Shown in pieces: positions 26,987 to 36,030 of a DNA stretch of 64,000 bases (position 1 is its first letter; each line of letters opens with the position of its first letter). The DNA lies in assembly GCA_965116475.1 (NCBI GenBank), contig OZ220691.1, positions 1,984,001-2,048,000 of the forward strand. Direction: 5' to 3'. The DNA comes from Gemmatimonadota bacterium (lineage in GTDB: Bacteria; Gemmatimonadota; Gemmatimonadetes; Palauibacterales; Palauibacteraceae). A model generated the notes under the pieces. That model was not told where the DNA came from, did not search any database, and worked only from the letters and a program-made list of their open reading frames with translations. A program made the position numbers and the translations under genes.

Positions 26987-29781
26987 GAAACGACGTTGGA
27001 GATGACGTTGGAGAGGATGCGGTAGGCGCCCGGCACGCCGTACGGCAGTTGCCGGTGGAGAGCGAGCGCGAGGTAGGTGTAGCGCCCCTCGCCCACGGGG
27101 GCCGTGAGCCAGACGCCCTCCTGCGGCGCCTGACCCGTGTCGTGCGTCTCCACGAGCGGCGTGTACGCCGGATCCCACTCGGAGAAGAACTTGGAGCCGC
27201 GCTGCTCGATCCACCCCTCGAAATCGGCCTCGGTGATGCGGTTCGGCGCGGTCATGAAGGGGTGGTCGGGCCGGAGCAGGCGGACCGGCGCATCCTCCTC
27301 CGACACCTCTTCCGCTCCCCGTGGAAGGGACGCCGGATACGGCGCCATCTCCGTGGGCACGTACTCCTGCGTCTGGTAGAGGACGACGAGGTGCCCGCCC
27401 CGGTCAGCGTACTCCAGGAGACGCCGGTTGTGTTCGACGAGGTCTTCCCGCACGGCGTAGGCGCGCGTGCCCACGACGATCGCGTGGAATCCCGCCCCGT
27501 CCCCGGCATCGTCTCCGGAACCCGCGCCGGCGGCCGGATCCAGTTCCGCGAGCGCGGCTTCGTCCAGCAGTTGGACCGTGGCGCCGAGCGCCTCGATCCC
27601 GGCCGGCACCTCATCTCCGACCCCCATCACGTAGCCGACCCGGATGCCTTCCAGATCGGCGACGGGAACGGACCGAACCGGCATGCGGGCGGGCCGCCAG
27701 AGCCGGGCCAGCGGCAGATCCCGGTGTTCGATGGTCCGGTATCCCCGGCGATAGTCCACTCCCCGCGCCCGGGCCACGGCCGCGACCTCCGCCTCGCCTC
27801 GCCATCCGGCCGGAGGCGCGATGACGAACGCCGCGTCCACGACCTCGCCCGGGTTGCGGAACTCGTGTTCCACCATGGCGGGGGTGCCGGGGGCCGTCGT
27901 CCACCCCTCCGGCAGCTCGAGACGAATGGCGGCGGAGAGGGGCGCCGCGTTCGCCGCGACCCGCGCGCGCACCTCCATCGGCCCCGCGGCCGACCCGCCG
28001 CCGCCACCCGCGCCGCTGTCGCCGCTCCCGCCGTCCACCGGCACGATGCCCACGCCCGGAGCCAGGGAAACGGAGAGGACCGGCAGCGTCTCGGCCCTCC
28101 GTGTCACGGTGCCGTAGGGCAGCCGAGAGACGGAGGCCGTCACCGGCACCGTGCGCGCGATGGCGTGCCCCCCGACGGCGAGTTCGACCCCCGCCGCCAG
28201 CGCCGGCCGCCGCCACGGAAGGTGAAGGTCCGCCGAATCCGCCACCTGGTAGTGGTTCTCCGACACGTCCCCGCGTCCGAAGTACGGCGCGGCGGGCGGG
28301 GCCGGCACCCGGACCTCGATCGCCTCCAGCGAGCCGTCCGTCCGACGCGCGATCCGGCTCGGCGGCGCCAGAATCTCGCCGCCGCGGCCCGCGATCCACG
28401 CCCTGACCCCGTCGCCCGCCGCGGACCCCGGCGCCTCGATCCGAAGGCGGATCACGGCCGGCTCGCCCGGCGCCAGAACGGCCTCGCCGCCGCCGGCCGC
28501 GCCGCCCGCCAGCTCCGCGGACACGACGGTCCCGCTCGCCGCCAGAAGCGCTTCCTCGAACTGCCGTTCCTTCAGCGAGAGCTGAAACCGCGTCTCAGGC
28601 GCGTCCGGCAGCGCGGCGCTCACCGCCCGGACCCATCCCAGCCCGCGGGCGACGTCGGCGACGGCGCGCCCCGGATCGCGGAAATCGAACGTCTCCGCCA
28701 CCGTGCCGACGAGGCGGTCCAGTTCGGCGAGCAGCGAGTCCGCCTCGGGAGAGGACGCCTCGCCCAGGAGCCCGGGGAGTCCTCTCAGCGTTGTGTCGAG
28801 CCCCGCGAAGAACGAATCCGCGCTGCCCGTCGTCGCGCGCGCCCCGGCCCCCGCCCCGCCGCCAGTGCCGTCGAGGCGCTCGTAGAAATAGCGGCCGCCG
28901 CCCGTCCGCACGCGCCCCGCCGTCTGGGAACGCTGCAAACCGAGCCCCCGGCTGGCCCAGCGCTGGTACGTATCGCCGAGCCACGGGCTCTTCCCGGCCG
29001 CGTTCACCTCCACGTCGTAGGGTTCGTCGACGCGAACCCCTCCGCGGAACGTGCGGAGGACCCGCCAGGGCCGGAGCCCCTCTTCGGAGATCTGGCGCGG
29101 AAAGCGGGTCGGGTCCGCGGCCGCGGCCACCGCTTCCGGCGGCAGCAGCCCCGCCGCGTGGTGGTGGCCGTGCCCGTCGCGCGCCGACCCGTGGAAGCGG
29201 CTTACGACGACGAGCGGCCGGTTGAGGCGGATGACGCGCACCATGTCCTCGAGCACCGCCTCCCGGTCCCAACTGCGGAAGGCTTCGTCCACCGACTTCG
29301 AGTAGCCGTAGTCGACCGCCATCGTGAAGTAGAGGTCGTCCAGGCCGTAGTAGCGGCCGGAGAGGACGAGTTCGCGCGTCCGGATCAGGCCGAGGGCGTC
29401 GAAGAGTTCCGGGCCGATCGCGTTCGCCCCGGCCTCGCCGCGGTTGAGGCTGAGGAGGGCGGTCCGGGCGCCCCACCCCCGGCTGGCCAGCGTGAGCATG
29501 CCGGCGTGTTCGTCGTCCGGGTGCGCCGTGACGTGGAGCAGGCTCGCGGTAGTGGCGAGCTTGCGGATGCGGTGCCAGGCCCCCATCGCCCCGCGGTCCA
29601 CGTCCAGCCGTTCCTCTCCCACCGGCGCCGGGAAGGCGAGGACGCGGTCCGGCGCCCGGCCGGCGGGACTCGACTGCGCCGCCGCCGCGGCAGCCCCCAC
29701 GAGGGTCGCCAGCGCCGCCGCGGCCGCCACGGTCGCCACCGGAAGGACGGCGCCGAGTCGGAGCTGCCTGCGATCGATCAT
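26977..29781 (-). CDS. Secreted PIG-L/LmbE family deacetylase with C-terminal accessory domains
   Basis: Signal peptide, AHPDDE, RGEAG, GHGHH, C-terminal GYVMGVGD...YQT...RQLPYGVPGAYR. Confidence 0.88.
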   Translation of the reverse strand: MIDRRQLRLGAVLPVATVAAAAALATLVGAAAAAAQSSPAGRAPDRVLAFPAPVGEERLDVDRGAMGAWHRIRKLATTASLLHVTAHPDDEHAGMLTLASRGWGARTALLSLNRGEAGANAIGPELFDALGLIRTRELVLSGRYYGLDDLYFTMAVDYGYSKSVDEAFRSWDREAVLEDMVRVIRLNRPLVVVSRFHGSARDGHGHHHAAGLLPPEAVAAAADPTRFPRQISEEGLRPWRVLRTFRGGVRVDEPYDVEVNAAGKSPWLGDTYQRWASRGLGLQRSQTAGRVRTGGGRYFYERLDGTGGGAGAGARATTGSADSFFAGLDTTLRGLPGLLGEASSPEADSLLAELDRLVGTVAETFDFRDPGRAVADVARGLGWVRAVSAALPDAPETRFQLSLKERQFEEALLAASGTVVSAELAGGAAGGGEAVLAPGEPAVIRLRIEAPGSAAGDGVRAWIAGRGGEILAPPSRIARRTDGSLEAIEVRVPAPPAAPYFGRGDVSENHYQVADSADLHLPWRRPALAAGVELAVGGHAIARTVPVTASVSRLPYGTVTRRAETLPVLSVSLAPGVGIVPVDGGSGDSGAGGGGGSAAGPMEVRARVAANAAPLSAAIRLELPEGWTTAPGTPAMVEHEFRNPGEVVDAAFVIAPPAGWRGEAEVAAVARARGVDYRRGYRTIEHRDLPLARLWRPARMPVRSVPVADLEGIRVGYVMGVGDEVPAGIEALGATVQLLDEAALAELDPAAGAGSGDDAGDGAGFHAIVVGTRAYAVREDLVEHNRRLLEYADRGGHLVVLYQTQEYVPTEMAPYPASLPRGAEEVSEEDAPVRLLRPDHPFMTAPNRITEADFEGWIEQRGSKFFSEWDPAYTPLVETHDTGQAPQEGVWLTAPVGEGRYTYLALALHRQLPYGVPGAYRILSNVISNVVSWR

Positions 29782-29913
29782 GGATCATCCAGGTCGGAGG
29801 GTCCGCGTTCGCATCGTGCCCGCGGGCGGAAGTCCGGGCAAGGAGGGCTTGCGAGCGAGCCCAGCCCGCCGATACTCAGACGGATCGTTCCACGGCCGCC
29901 AACTCCGGACCCG

Positions 29914-30201
29914 ATGACAGACGCCAACATCCAGATCACGGTTGAGGGAACCCCGAACCCGCACGCGGCGAAGTTCGTGCTGGACCGCGACATTCCCGGC
30001 GAGGGGAGCCGCAGCTATTTCGATCCCGAGTCCGCCGCCGGGGACCCGCTGGCGGCGCGCCTGTTCGAGGTGGATGGGGTCCGCGCCCTGCTCATCGTCG
30101 AGAACTTCATCACGGTGACGAAGACCGCCGCGCTCGGGTGGCCGGACCTGCTGGACGAGATCGAGGAAGCCATCCTGAACGCGCTCCCCGCGCTGCAGTA
30201 A
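29914..30201 (+). CDS. NifU N-terminal domain protein
   Basis: TPNPHAAKF...PLAARLF...NFITVTK...W. Confidence 0.88.
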   Translation: MTDANIQITVEGTPNPHAAKFVLDRDIPGEGSRSYFDPESAAGDPLAARLFEVDGVRALLIVENFITVTKTAALGWPDLLDEIEEAILNALPALQ

Positions 30202-30375
30202 TCGCCGTCCGACCCCCCTCATTTGGGGGAGGAACCGTGCCCGCCGCGAGCTTGCCGTCGTGCCCTCATATTGTTATGGCACAACGTGTTGATACCAGGT
30301 ACATACCTCCCCTTAGGATCGTTCTTGGGCGACGGAACCACCGGCGCCAGGTCCATCACCTCGGGAAGGAGGAAC

Positions 30376-33300
30376 ATGTTCACGCTGCGCTGCTTCGGCG
30401 AAGTCGTGGCCTCGGACGCACGCGGGACAAGGATCTCGCTGCGGTCACGGAAGCACACGGGTCTCCTGCTCTACCTCGTGGCGCACCCCGGCACGGTCCA
30501 CATGCGGGAGACGCTCGCCGATCTGCTCTGGGATAGTCGCGACAGGAAAGCGCGACACTCGCTCAGCCAGGCCCTCTACGACATCCGCTCATCCGTCGGT
30601 CCCGTCATCGCCGTGGACGCCAACACGGTCCGGCTCGTGCCGCAGCGGGTCACCTATGAACTCGATGCTTTCGAGCGAGCGTTCCGGGCCGGGGACCACG
30701 AGACGGTCATCGATCTGTACCGGGGAGACTTCGCCCCCGGCCTGCTCAACCTGGGAGCCGACGAGTTCGAGCGCTGGCTGGACGGCGAACGCGAGCGCTG
30801 CCGCGTTCTGGTCGCCATGGCACTCAAGAACGTGCAACAGGCGGCCGAGGAGAGAGGCGACTGGGACCAGACGTGCCTGGCGGCGCTCCGGCTCGTGAGG
30901 CAAAACGAGTTCGACGAACACGCCCACAGCACCCTCATGCGTGCGTTATGCATGAAGGGCGACTACGCCTCCGCCCTCGCCTACTACCGGGCACTGGAGA
31001 AGTGCGGCTGGGTCGCCAGCGCCGCGACGCTGACGGAAACGGCGGCGTGGGCCCGGAGCCAGCTTGACGGCGCACCGCCCGTGGTCCGCGAGCCCCACGA
31101 ACCGCAGTTGTCGAATCGAGGAGGAGAATTCCGCCAGCTGAGCCTCGCCCTCCGTTCGTCCCGCGCCTTGCCCGTACGGTTGGTCCTGGCCGGCGAGCGC
31201 GGCCTCGGGCGGGAAGACGTGGTACGGAGCTTCGCCAGGTCCGTTTACAGCGGTGGAGGGTTGGTGCAGTGGCTGCCGCCGGATCTTGCGGGGGCACGGG
31301 AGGACCTGGCCACGGAGTTGGACCGGTACCCCGGAAAGACCCGGCTCATCGTCATCAAGGCCGATGTGGGCGATTGGGCCGCCGTCGATGACGTCATGCG
31401 AACGGCGGACTTCTCGGGCGCCCTGGTCGTCGGCTTCTCGAACCCGGAGGCGGCTCGGCAGGCGGAAGCCGCGCATCTGGTCGACTTCGTGATCCCCTTC
31501 GATCCGCTCACCATCGACGCGTGCGCGGCGTCGCTTCGGCTCATCGAGAGGGACTGCAGTCGTCCGCAGGCGCTCGAGAGTGCGAGGCTCTCCGGAGGCA
31601 ATCCGGCCCTGGCCAGGGCCATCCTCGGGGCGTGGATGCGGCACGGCTTCAGCCCCGCCACCGCCGGCGACCGGGAATCGGGCGGTCGATTGGCCTATGA
31701 GCAGTCCGCTGAGGTCCGGTCGATCGTCGGCGATCAACTGGAGACCCTCTCCCTAGCGGAGGAACGCCTGGCGACGGCGCTGGTGCTGCTCACCCGTGCG
31801 GCGCGCGCGCACGCCGAGTCGGTCGTGGCCGGACACTCGAGTCGGAATGCCCTTGAAGGGCTCCGGGCCAAGGGCTGGCTGCACTCCGAGGCCGGCCAGT
31901 GGACGGTGAGCCGCCCTCTGGCCGGCGCAGTGCTCACATGGAATCTGCCGCCGGACGAGAAAACGAAGGTACATTTGGCAGCCGCTCAAACTCTCGAACA
32001 CGCGGGTCTCGGCGCGCGTGCGGCGGCCGCCTCGGAGTTCGCCGCGGCCGGGGAATCCTCTCGGGCTTTCGGCCTGGCCTGTGACGCGGCGAAGGGGGCT
32101 TTGCGGGAGGGCCGGTCGCCGGTGGCGGGTCAGGCGGCGGCGTTGGCGTTCGAGCATGCCACAGCCGGGACCGATCGCCTGCATTCCGGTCTTCTCCTCA
32201 CGGAGGCCGAGTTCCAGCGGGGACGGTTTCGGCGGGCCACGAGCGTGCTGCACCAGATTTCTGCCGTCGCGGACACAGGGAACGACCTGGGCCGCGTCCA
32301 ACTGGCCCTGGCGCGGGCGGCGGTGGCGGCGGGAGATCGACTCACGACGGGCCTGCACCGACAGAATCTGGCGGAAGCGAGCAGTCAGGCGACCGACCCG
32401 GCGCTCCTCCGCGCGCTGGCCGTGCAGACGGCCGTTCTCGATGCGACGGAACCTGCGTCGTCGCGCAGCGGGAGGCCCGGCTTTGAGAGGATCCGAACGC
32501 ATCTCCGCGGGGTCGTCCGCGAAGACGTCGACTACGCGGGCGTCTGGTGCGATGCATTCCGGCTCCTCTTCCATCGGGTTGGGGGTCGAAACGGTCTCGC
32601 GGAGGCTCGCCTGGTGCTCGAGACCTACCGTCACGGGCTCGGCCGGCTCGGCTACGAGGGTCTCAGGACCGCCACCGCCGCGGAGTTCTGGGTGGCCATG
32701 CGGGGGGCGCGTCTTCACGACGCCCTCCAGTTGCTGGAAGACACCTCCAGGACCCCCAGCCAGGACCGGCACGAGAACCGGCACGAGTCCGCGAACCTGA
32801 ACAACCGGGGCGCCGTCCTGCTCGAACTCGGCAACTTCGAGCAGGCGCTCGAGGAGCTGGGCCGCTGCCGCGAGATGGACGAGGCGCTCGAGAGTCCACC
32901 CCAGGCCCGGGCCTACGCCCTGATGAATCAGGCGCAGTGTTTCTTCTTCAAGGGGGAGTACGCCCGTTCCCGAGAGTACATGGAACAGTTACTCCGGCGT
33001 CCCGGGCACACGGGTCAACATCCGTTTGGGGCGCAAGCATGGGCACTCACCGGACTGCTGGCCATGACCGAGGACGATCAACGCGAAGTCGAGGCCTGCC
33101 TCGAGTTGCTGGGGGATGGCTCCGATGGTGTCGGAGAGAACGACCGCTACCTGGTAACCTGGTTTCGTGCCGCCGCGATGGGCACCCGCGATCGCCGGGA
33201 AACCGTCGCCAACCTCATCGAAGCTGCAGAGCATACCGCCGAAATCGACCGGCTGAGCGCCGAGAAGCTGAGAGTGCTGGCCGGCACCTATTCCCCACCC

Positions 33301-33396
33301 AACGGACCCGGCGACCAGCGCGAGGCGTGCGGCTTCCTGCGGTCGGCCGGCGCCTCCTGGTTCGTGCGCTTCGCACACAACTGGCAGCGCGCGTAG
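30376..33396 (+). CDS. SARP/BTAD transcriptional regulator with degenerate NTPase and TPR region
   Basis: AGGAGG RBS; LRCFG, LLLYL, RETLADLLW, SLSQAL, LYRGDF, FERWL; C-terminal NNRGAVLLELGNFEQA TPR. Confidence 0.85.
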   Translation: MFTLRCFGEVVASDARGTRISLRSRKHTGLLLYLVAHPGTVHMRETLADLLWDSRDRKARHSLSQALYDIRSSVGPVIAVDANTVRLVPQRVTYELDAFERAFRAGDHETVIDLYRGDFAPGLLNLGADEFERWLDGERERCRVLVAMALKNVQQAAEERGDWDQTCLAALRLVRQNEFDEHAHSTLMRALCMKGDYASALAYYRALEKCGWVASAATLTETAAWARSQLDGAPPVVREPHEPQLSNRGGEFRQLSLALRSSRALPVRLVLAGERGLGREDVVRSFARSVYSGGGLVQWLPPDLAGAREDLATELDRYPGKTRLIVIKADVGDWAAVDDVMRTADFSGALVVGFSNPEAARQAEAAHLVDFVIPFDPLTIDACAASLRLIERDCSRPQALESARLSGGNPALARAILGAWMRHGFSPATAGDRESGGRLAYEQSAEVRSIVGDQLETLSLAEERLATALVLLTRAARAHAESVVAGHSSRNALEGLRAKGWLHSEAGQWTVSRPLAGAVLTWNLPPDEKTKVHLAAAQTLEHAGLGARAAAASEFAAAGESSRAFGLACDAAKGALREGRSPVAGQAAALAFEHATAGTDRLHSGLLLTEAEFQRGRFRRATSVLHQISAVADTGNDLGRVQLALARAAVAAGDRLTTGLHRQNLAEASSQATDPALLRALAVQTAVLDATEPASSRSGRPGFERIRTHLRGVVREDVDYAGVWCDAFRLLFHRVGGRNGLAEARLVLETYRHGLGRLGYEGLRTATAAEFWVAMRGARLHDALQLLEDTSRTPSQDRHENRHESANLNNRGAVLLELGNFEQALEELGRCREMDEALESPPQARAYALMNQAQCFFFKGEYARSREYMEQLLRRPGHTGQHPFGAQAWALTGLLAMTEDDQREVEACLELLGDGSDGVGENDRYLVTWFRAAAMGTRDRRETVANLIEAAEHTAEIDRLSAEKLRVLAGTYSPPNGPGDQREACGFLRSAGASWFVRFAHNWQRA

Positions 33397-33467
33397 CCCG
33401 GGCTTCCCGCGCCGCGTGACCCGGACGTTCCCGCTGGTGTCCGAATCGGGGTTCTTCGAGCGTTGCT

Positions 33468-33510
33468 ACTACGTACCTAGTTGACAGCGGCGCCCGGTCG
33501 CGTTTACGCT
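33468..33510 (+). promoter_or_regulatory. Sigma70-type promoter with overlapping BlaI-like operator
   Basis: TTGACA (33481-86)-N18-TACGCT (33505-10); imperfect palindrome ACTACGTACCTAGT (33468-81). Confidence 0.6.
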
Positions 33511-33607
33511 GAATCGGGAACGACGCTCCGCCCGGCTCGCCAGCGTCTCGACGGCGGCCGGCCGGGGCAGGCGACGCTGATGGTTCGGGAGGGAAAGGAC
33601 CAGACTG

Positions 33608-33979
33608 GTGGAGATCAAGTTCACGACCCGGGAACTCGACCTCATGGCGGTGCTGTGGGAGAGAGGGGCCTCGACCGTCGCCGAGGTGCAGGAACGCCTC
33701 GGCGATGAACTGGCCTACACCACCGTGCTCACGATCCTCCGGACGCTGGAGGAGAAGGGGTACGTGGGCCACACCCAGGAGGGGAAAGCCTACCGCTACC
33801 ACACGCTCGTGGGGCGCGAATGCGCCGGCGCGAGCGCCGTGCGCCGGCTGGTTCAGAAGATGTTCCAGGGGTCGCCCGAACTGCTGCTCACGCACCTCGT
33901 CTCCGACCGGGCGCTCTCGAAGGAGGACCTCGAGAACCTGCGCGGCATGGTGGACGAACGCCTCAGCTCGAAGGAGTAG
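33608..33979 (+). CDS. BlaI/MecI/CopY family repressor
   Basis: RELDLMAVLW, LAYTTVLTILRTLEEKGYV, FQGS. Confidence 0.95.
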   Translation: MEIKFTTRELDLMAVLWERGASTVAEVQERLGDELAYTTVLTILRTLEEKGYVGHTQEGKAYRYHTLVGRECAGASAVRRLVQKMFQGSPELLLTHLVSDRALSKEDLENLRGMVDERLSSKE

Positions 33980-33983
33980 GGAC

Positions 33984-36026
33984 ATGGTCATCGCCTGGAT
34001 CGGATACTGCCTGTTGATTTCGGGACTCCTCGCCCTGGCGGCCTTCACCTCGGAGCGGGCGCTCGGCCACTTTCGGAAGCCCGTGCGCTGGGCGTGGTTC
34101 GGGGCGATCGCCGGATCCGTGACGGTGCCCGTGGTCGCCTTCTTCGCGCCCGGACTCCTGCCCGGTTTCGGGGTGTCGCCCGGCGCTTCGGCGGCCGGGC
34201 TGGGCGGTCTGCCGGTCGCAACCACGGCTGCGGAGCTGCCTGCAACGGCCGCGGCGGCCGGTGGAGGTTTCGATGCGGCGGCGGTCGGCACGGTGCTGGC
34301 GTGGGGCTGGTTGCTCCTGGCCATCGCCATGGTCGGCTATCTCGGGCGGATCTACGGCCGGCTGCGGTCGGAGATGCGGACGTGGCGGCCGGGCCGCATC
34401 GCGGGATCGCCGGTCATGATCTCCGACGAGCGGGGGCCCGCCGTCGTCGGGATCCGGCGCTCGGTTGTCGTGATGCCGAAGTGGATCCCCGAACTCGACG
34501 ACCGGCTGCTCCGCCTCGTCTTCCTCCACGAGCGGGAGCATCAGCGCGCCGGCGACCATCGGCTTTTCGCGGCCGCGGTCACCGCGCTCGTCCTGATGCC
34601 CTGGAACCCCGTCGTGTGGTGGCAGGTGTCCCGGCTGCGGCTCGCGATCGAGTTCGACTGCGACCGTCGCGTGCTCGGGCGGGGGGAATCGCGGCGCGAC
34701 TACGCGGACGCCCTCATCACGGTGGGCAGCCGCGTCTCCGGGTCGCTGCTCGCCGCGGCCGCCTTCGCCGAACGGAAGCCGGCCGTCGAACGGCGCCTGC
34801 GCCGCATGACCGAGCCGCCCGCCAACATGCGTCTGCTCCGAACGCTGGGCGCCTCGGGGCTGGCCATGGTCGCCGTCCTCTTCGCGCTGGGCTGCCCCGG
34901 GCCCGAGAGCGGCATGAACGCGCCGGAGCCGCCCGCCGCGACGGTGACGCCACCCTCCGAAGCCAGTGAATGGGTGCCCCCGCTGTTGCCAAGCGAGGAG
35001 GCCGTGGGGCGCGGCGACCGGCCGTCCTTCATCGCGTACGACAGGCCGCCGGTTCTTCAGAACGGCGGCGAAGTGGGAGACGCGCTGGTGCAGGCCTACC
35101 CGCAGGATCTCAAGGAATCGGGCATCGGCGGCCGAGTCGAAATCTGGCTGTACATCGACACCTCCGGCATGGTGCGGAACACGGAACTGAAGACGAGCAG
35201 CGGCAGCGACGCGCTGGACGCCGCCGCCGCCGACGTCGCCGGAGCGATGCGCTTCGAGCCCGCGATGAACCGCGACCAGCCGACCGACGTCTGGGTCTCC
35301 CAGTTCATCACCTTCCAGGTTGCTGGCGGCGCGGACGCACCCCCCGCCCGCCGGGTTTCCGTAGCCGATGAGGGCGCACCCCTCGTCATCGTCGACGGCG
35401 TGATTCAGTCCGAGGGCAGGAGCCTGGAGGACCTGCAGTCCCTCGATATCGACCATGTCGAGATCATCAAGGGACCGAAGGCCGTCGAGCTGTACGGCGA
35501 GCGGGCCGCGAACGGCGTGATCGAAATCACGACCAAGGACGGCGCCGCCGACAGCGATGCCTCGAGCGACGCCCCGGAGGACAAGGTCGACGAGGCCGCC
35601 GATCTCCTGCTCGGAGCCGCCCGCGCCATGGACACCGGGGGCACGGTCGAGGAGGGGCAAGCGTTTGCGGTGAGCGAGGTGACGCCTCGTCCCGCGAGCG
35701 AGCTCACGGCCGAACGAGGCCTCGAGATCGAAGACATCGTTCGCTTTGGAGTTCTCGACGACTCCGACCGGGATGGCCTGCCGGAGGTCCGGATCGTGCC
35801 CCGGCCGGAGAACATGCCCGATCCCCTGATCGTCATCGATGGGGTGATTTCCGACGCCGCGGGGCTATCGGAACTCGGCCGACTCGACATCGATCATGTC
35901 ACAATCGTGAAAGGTACGCGTGCCCGGCAGGCGTACGGAGAACGGGCCGGACACGGCGTGATCGAAATCACGACGAAAGCGGGCGCGCACGACAGCGGCT
36001 CGCAGGACAGCGGCTCGAAGGAGTAG
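33984..36026 (+). CDS. BlaR1-like M56 metallopeptidase fused to TonB C-terminal domain and two TonB-receptor plug modules
   Basis: HEREH, WNPVVW, EFDCD; YP...GIGGRV...SSG...LDAAA...FEPA; two PL(V/I)(I/V)(V/I)DGV...KG...YGERA..GVIEITTK repeats. Confidence 0.88.
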   Translation: MVIAWIGYCLLISGLLALAAFTSERALGHFRKPVRWAWFGAIAGSVTVPVVAFFAPGLLPGFGVSPGASAAGLGGLPVATTAAELPATAAAAGGGFDAAAVGTVLAWGWLLLAIAMVGYLGRIYGRLRSEMRTWRPGRIAGSPVMISDERGPAVVGIRRSVVVMPKWIPELDDRLLRLVFLHEREHQRAGDHRLFAAAVTALVLMPWNPVVWWQVSRLRLAIEFDCDRRVLGRGESRRDYADALITVGSRVSGSLLAAAAFAERKPAVERRLRRMTEPPANMRLLRTLGASGLAMVAVLFALGCPGPESGMNAPEPPAATVTPPSEASEWVPPLLPSEEAVGRGDRPSFIAYDRPPVLQNGGEVGDALVQAYPQDLKESGIGGRVEIWLYIDTSGMVRNTELKTSSGSDALDAAAADVAGAMRFEPAMNRDQPTDVWVSQFITFQVAGGADAPPARRVSVADEGAPLVIVDGVIQSEGRSLEDLQSLDIDHVEIIKGPKAVELYGERAANGVIEITTKDGAADSDASSDAPEDKVDEAADLLLGAARAMDTGGTVEEGQAFAVSEVTPRPASELTAERGLEIEDIVRFGVLDDSDRDGLPEVRIVPRPENMPDPLIVIDGVISDAAGLSELGRLDIDHVTIVKGTRARQAYGERAGHGVIEITTKAGAHDSGSQDSGSKE

Positions 36027-36030
36027 GGAC

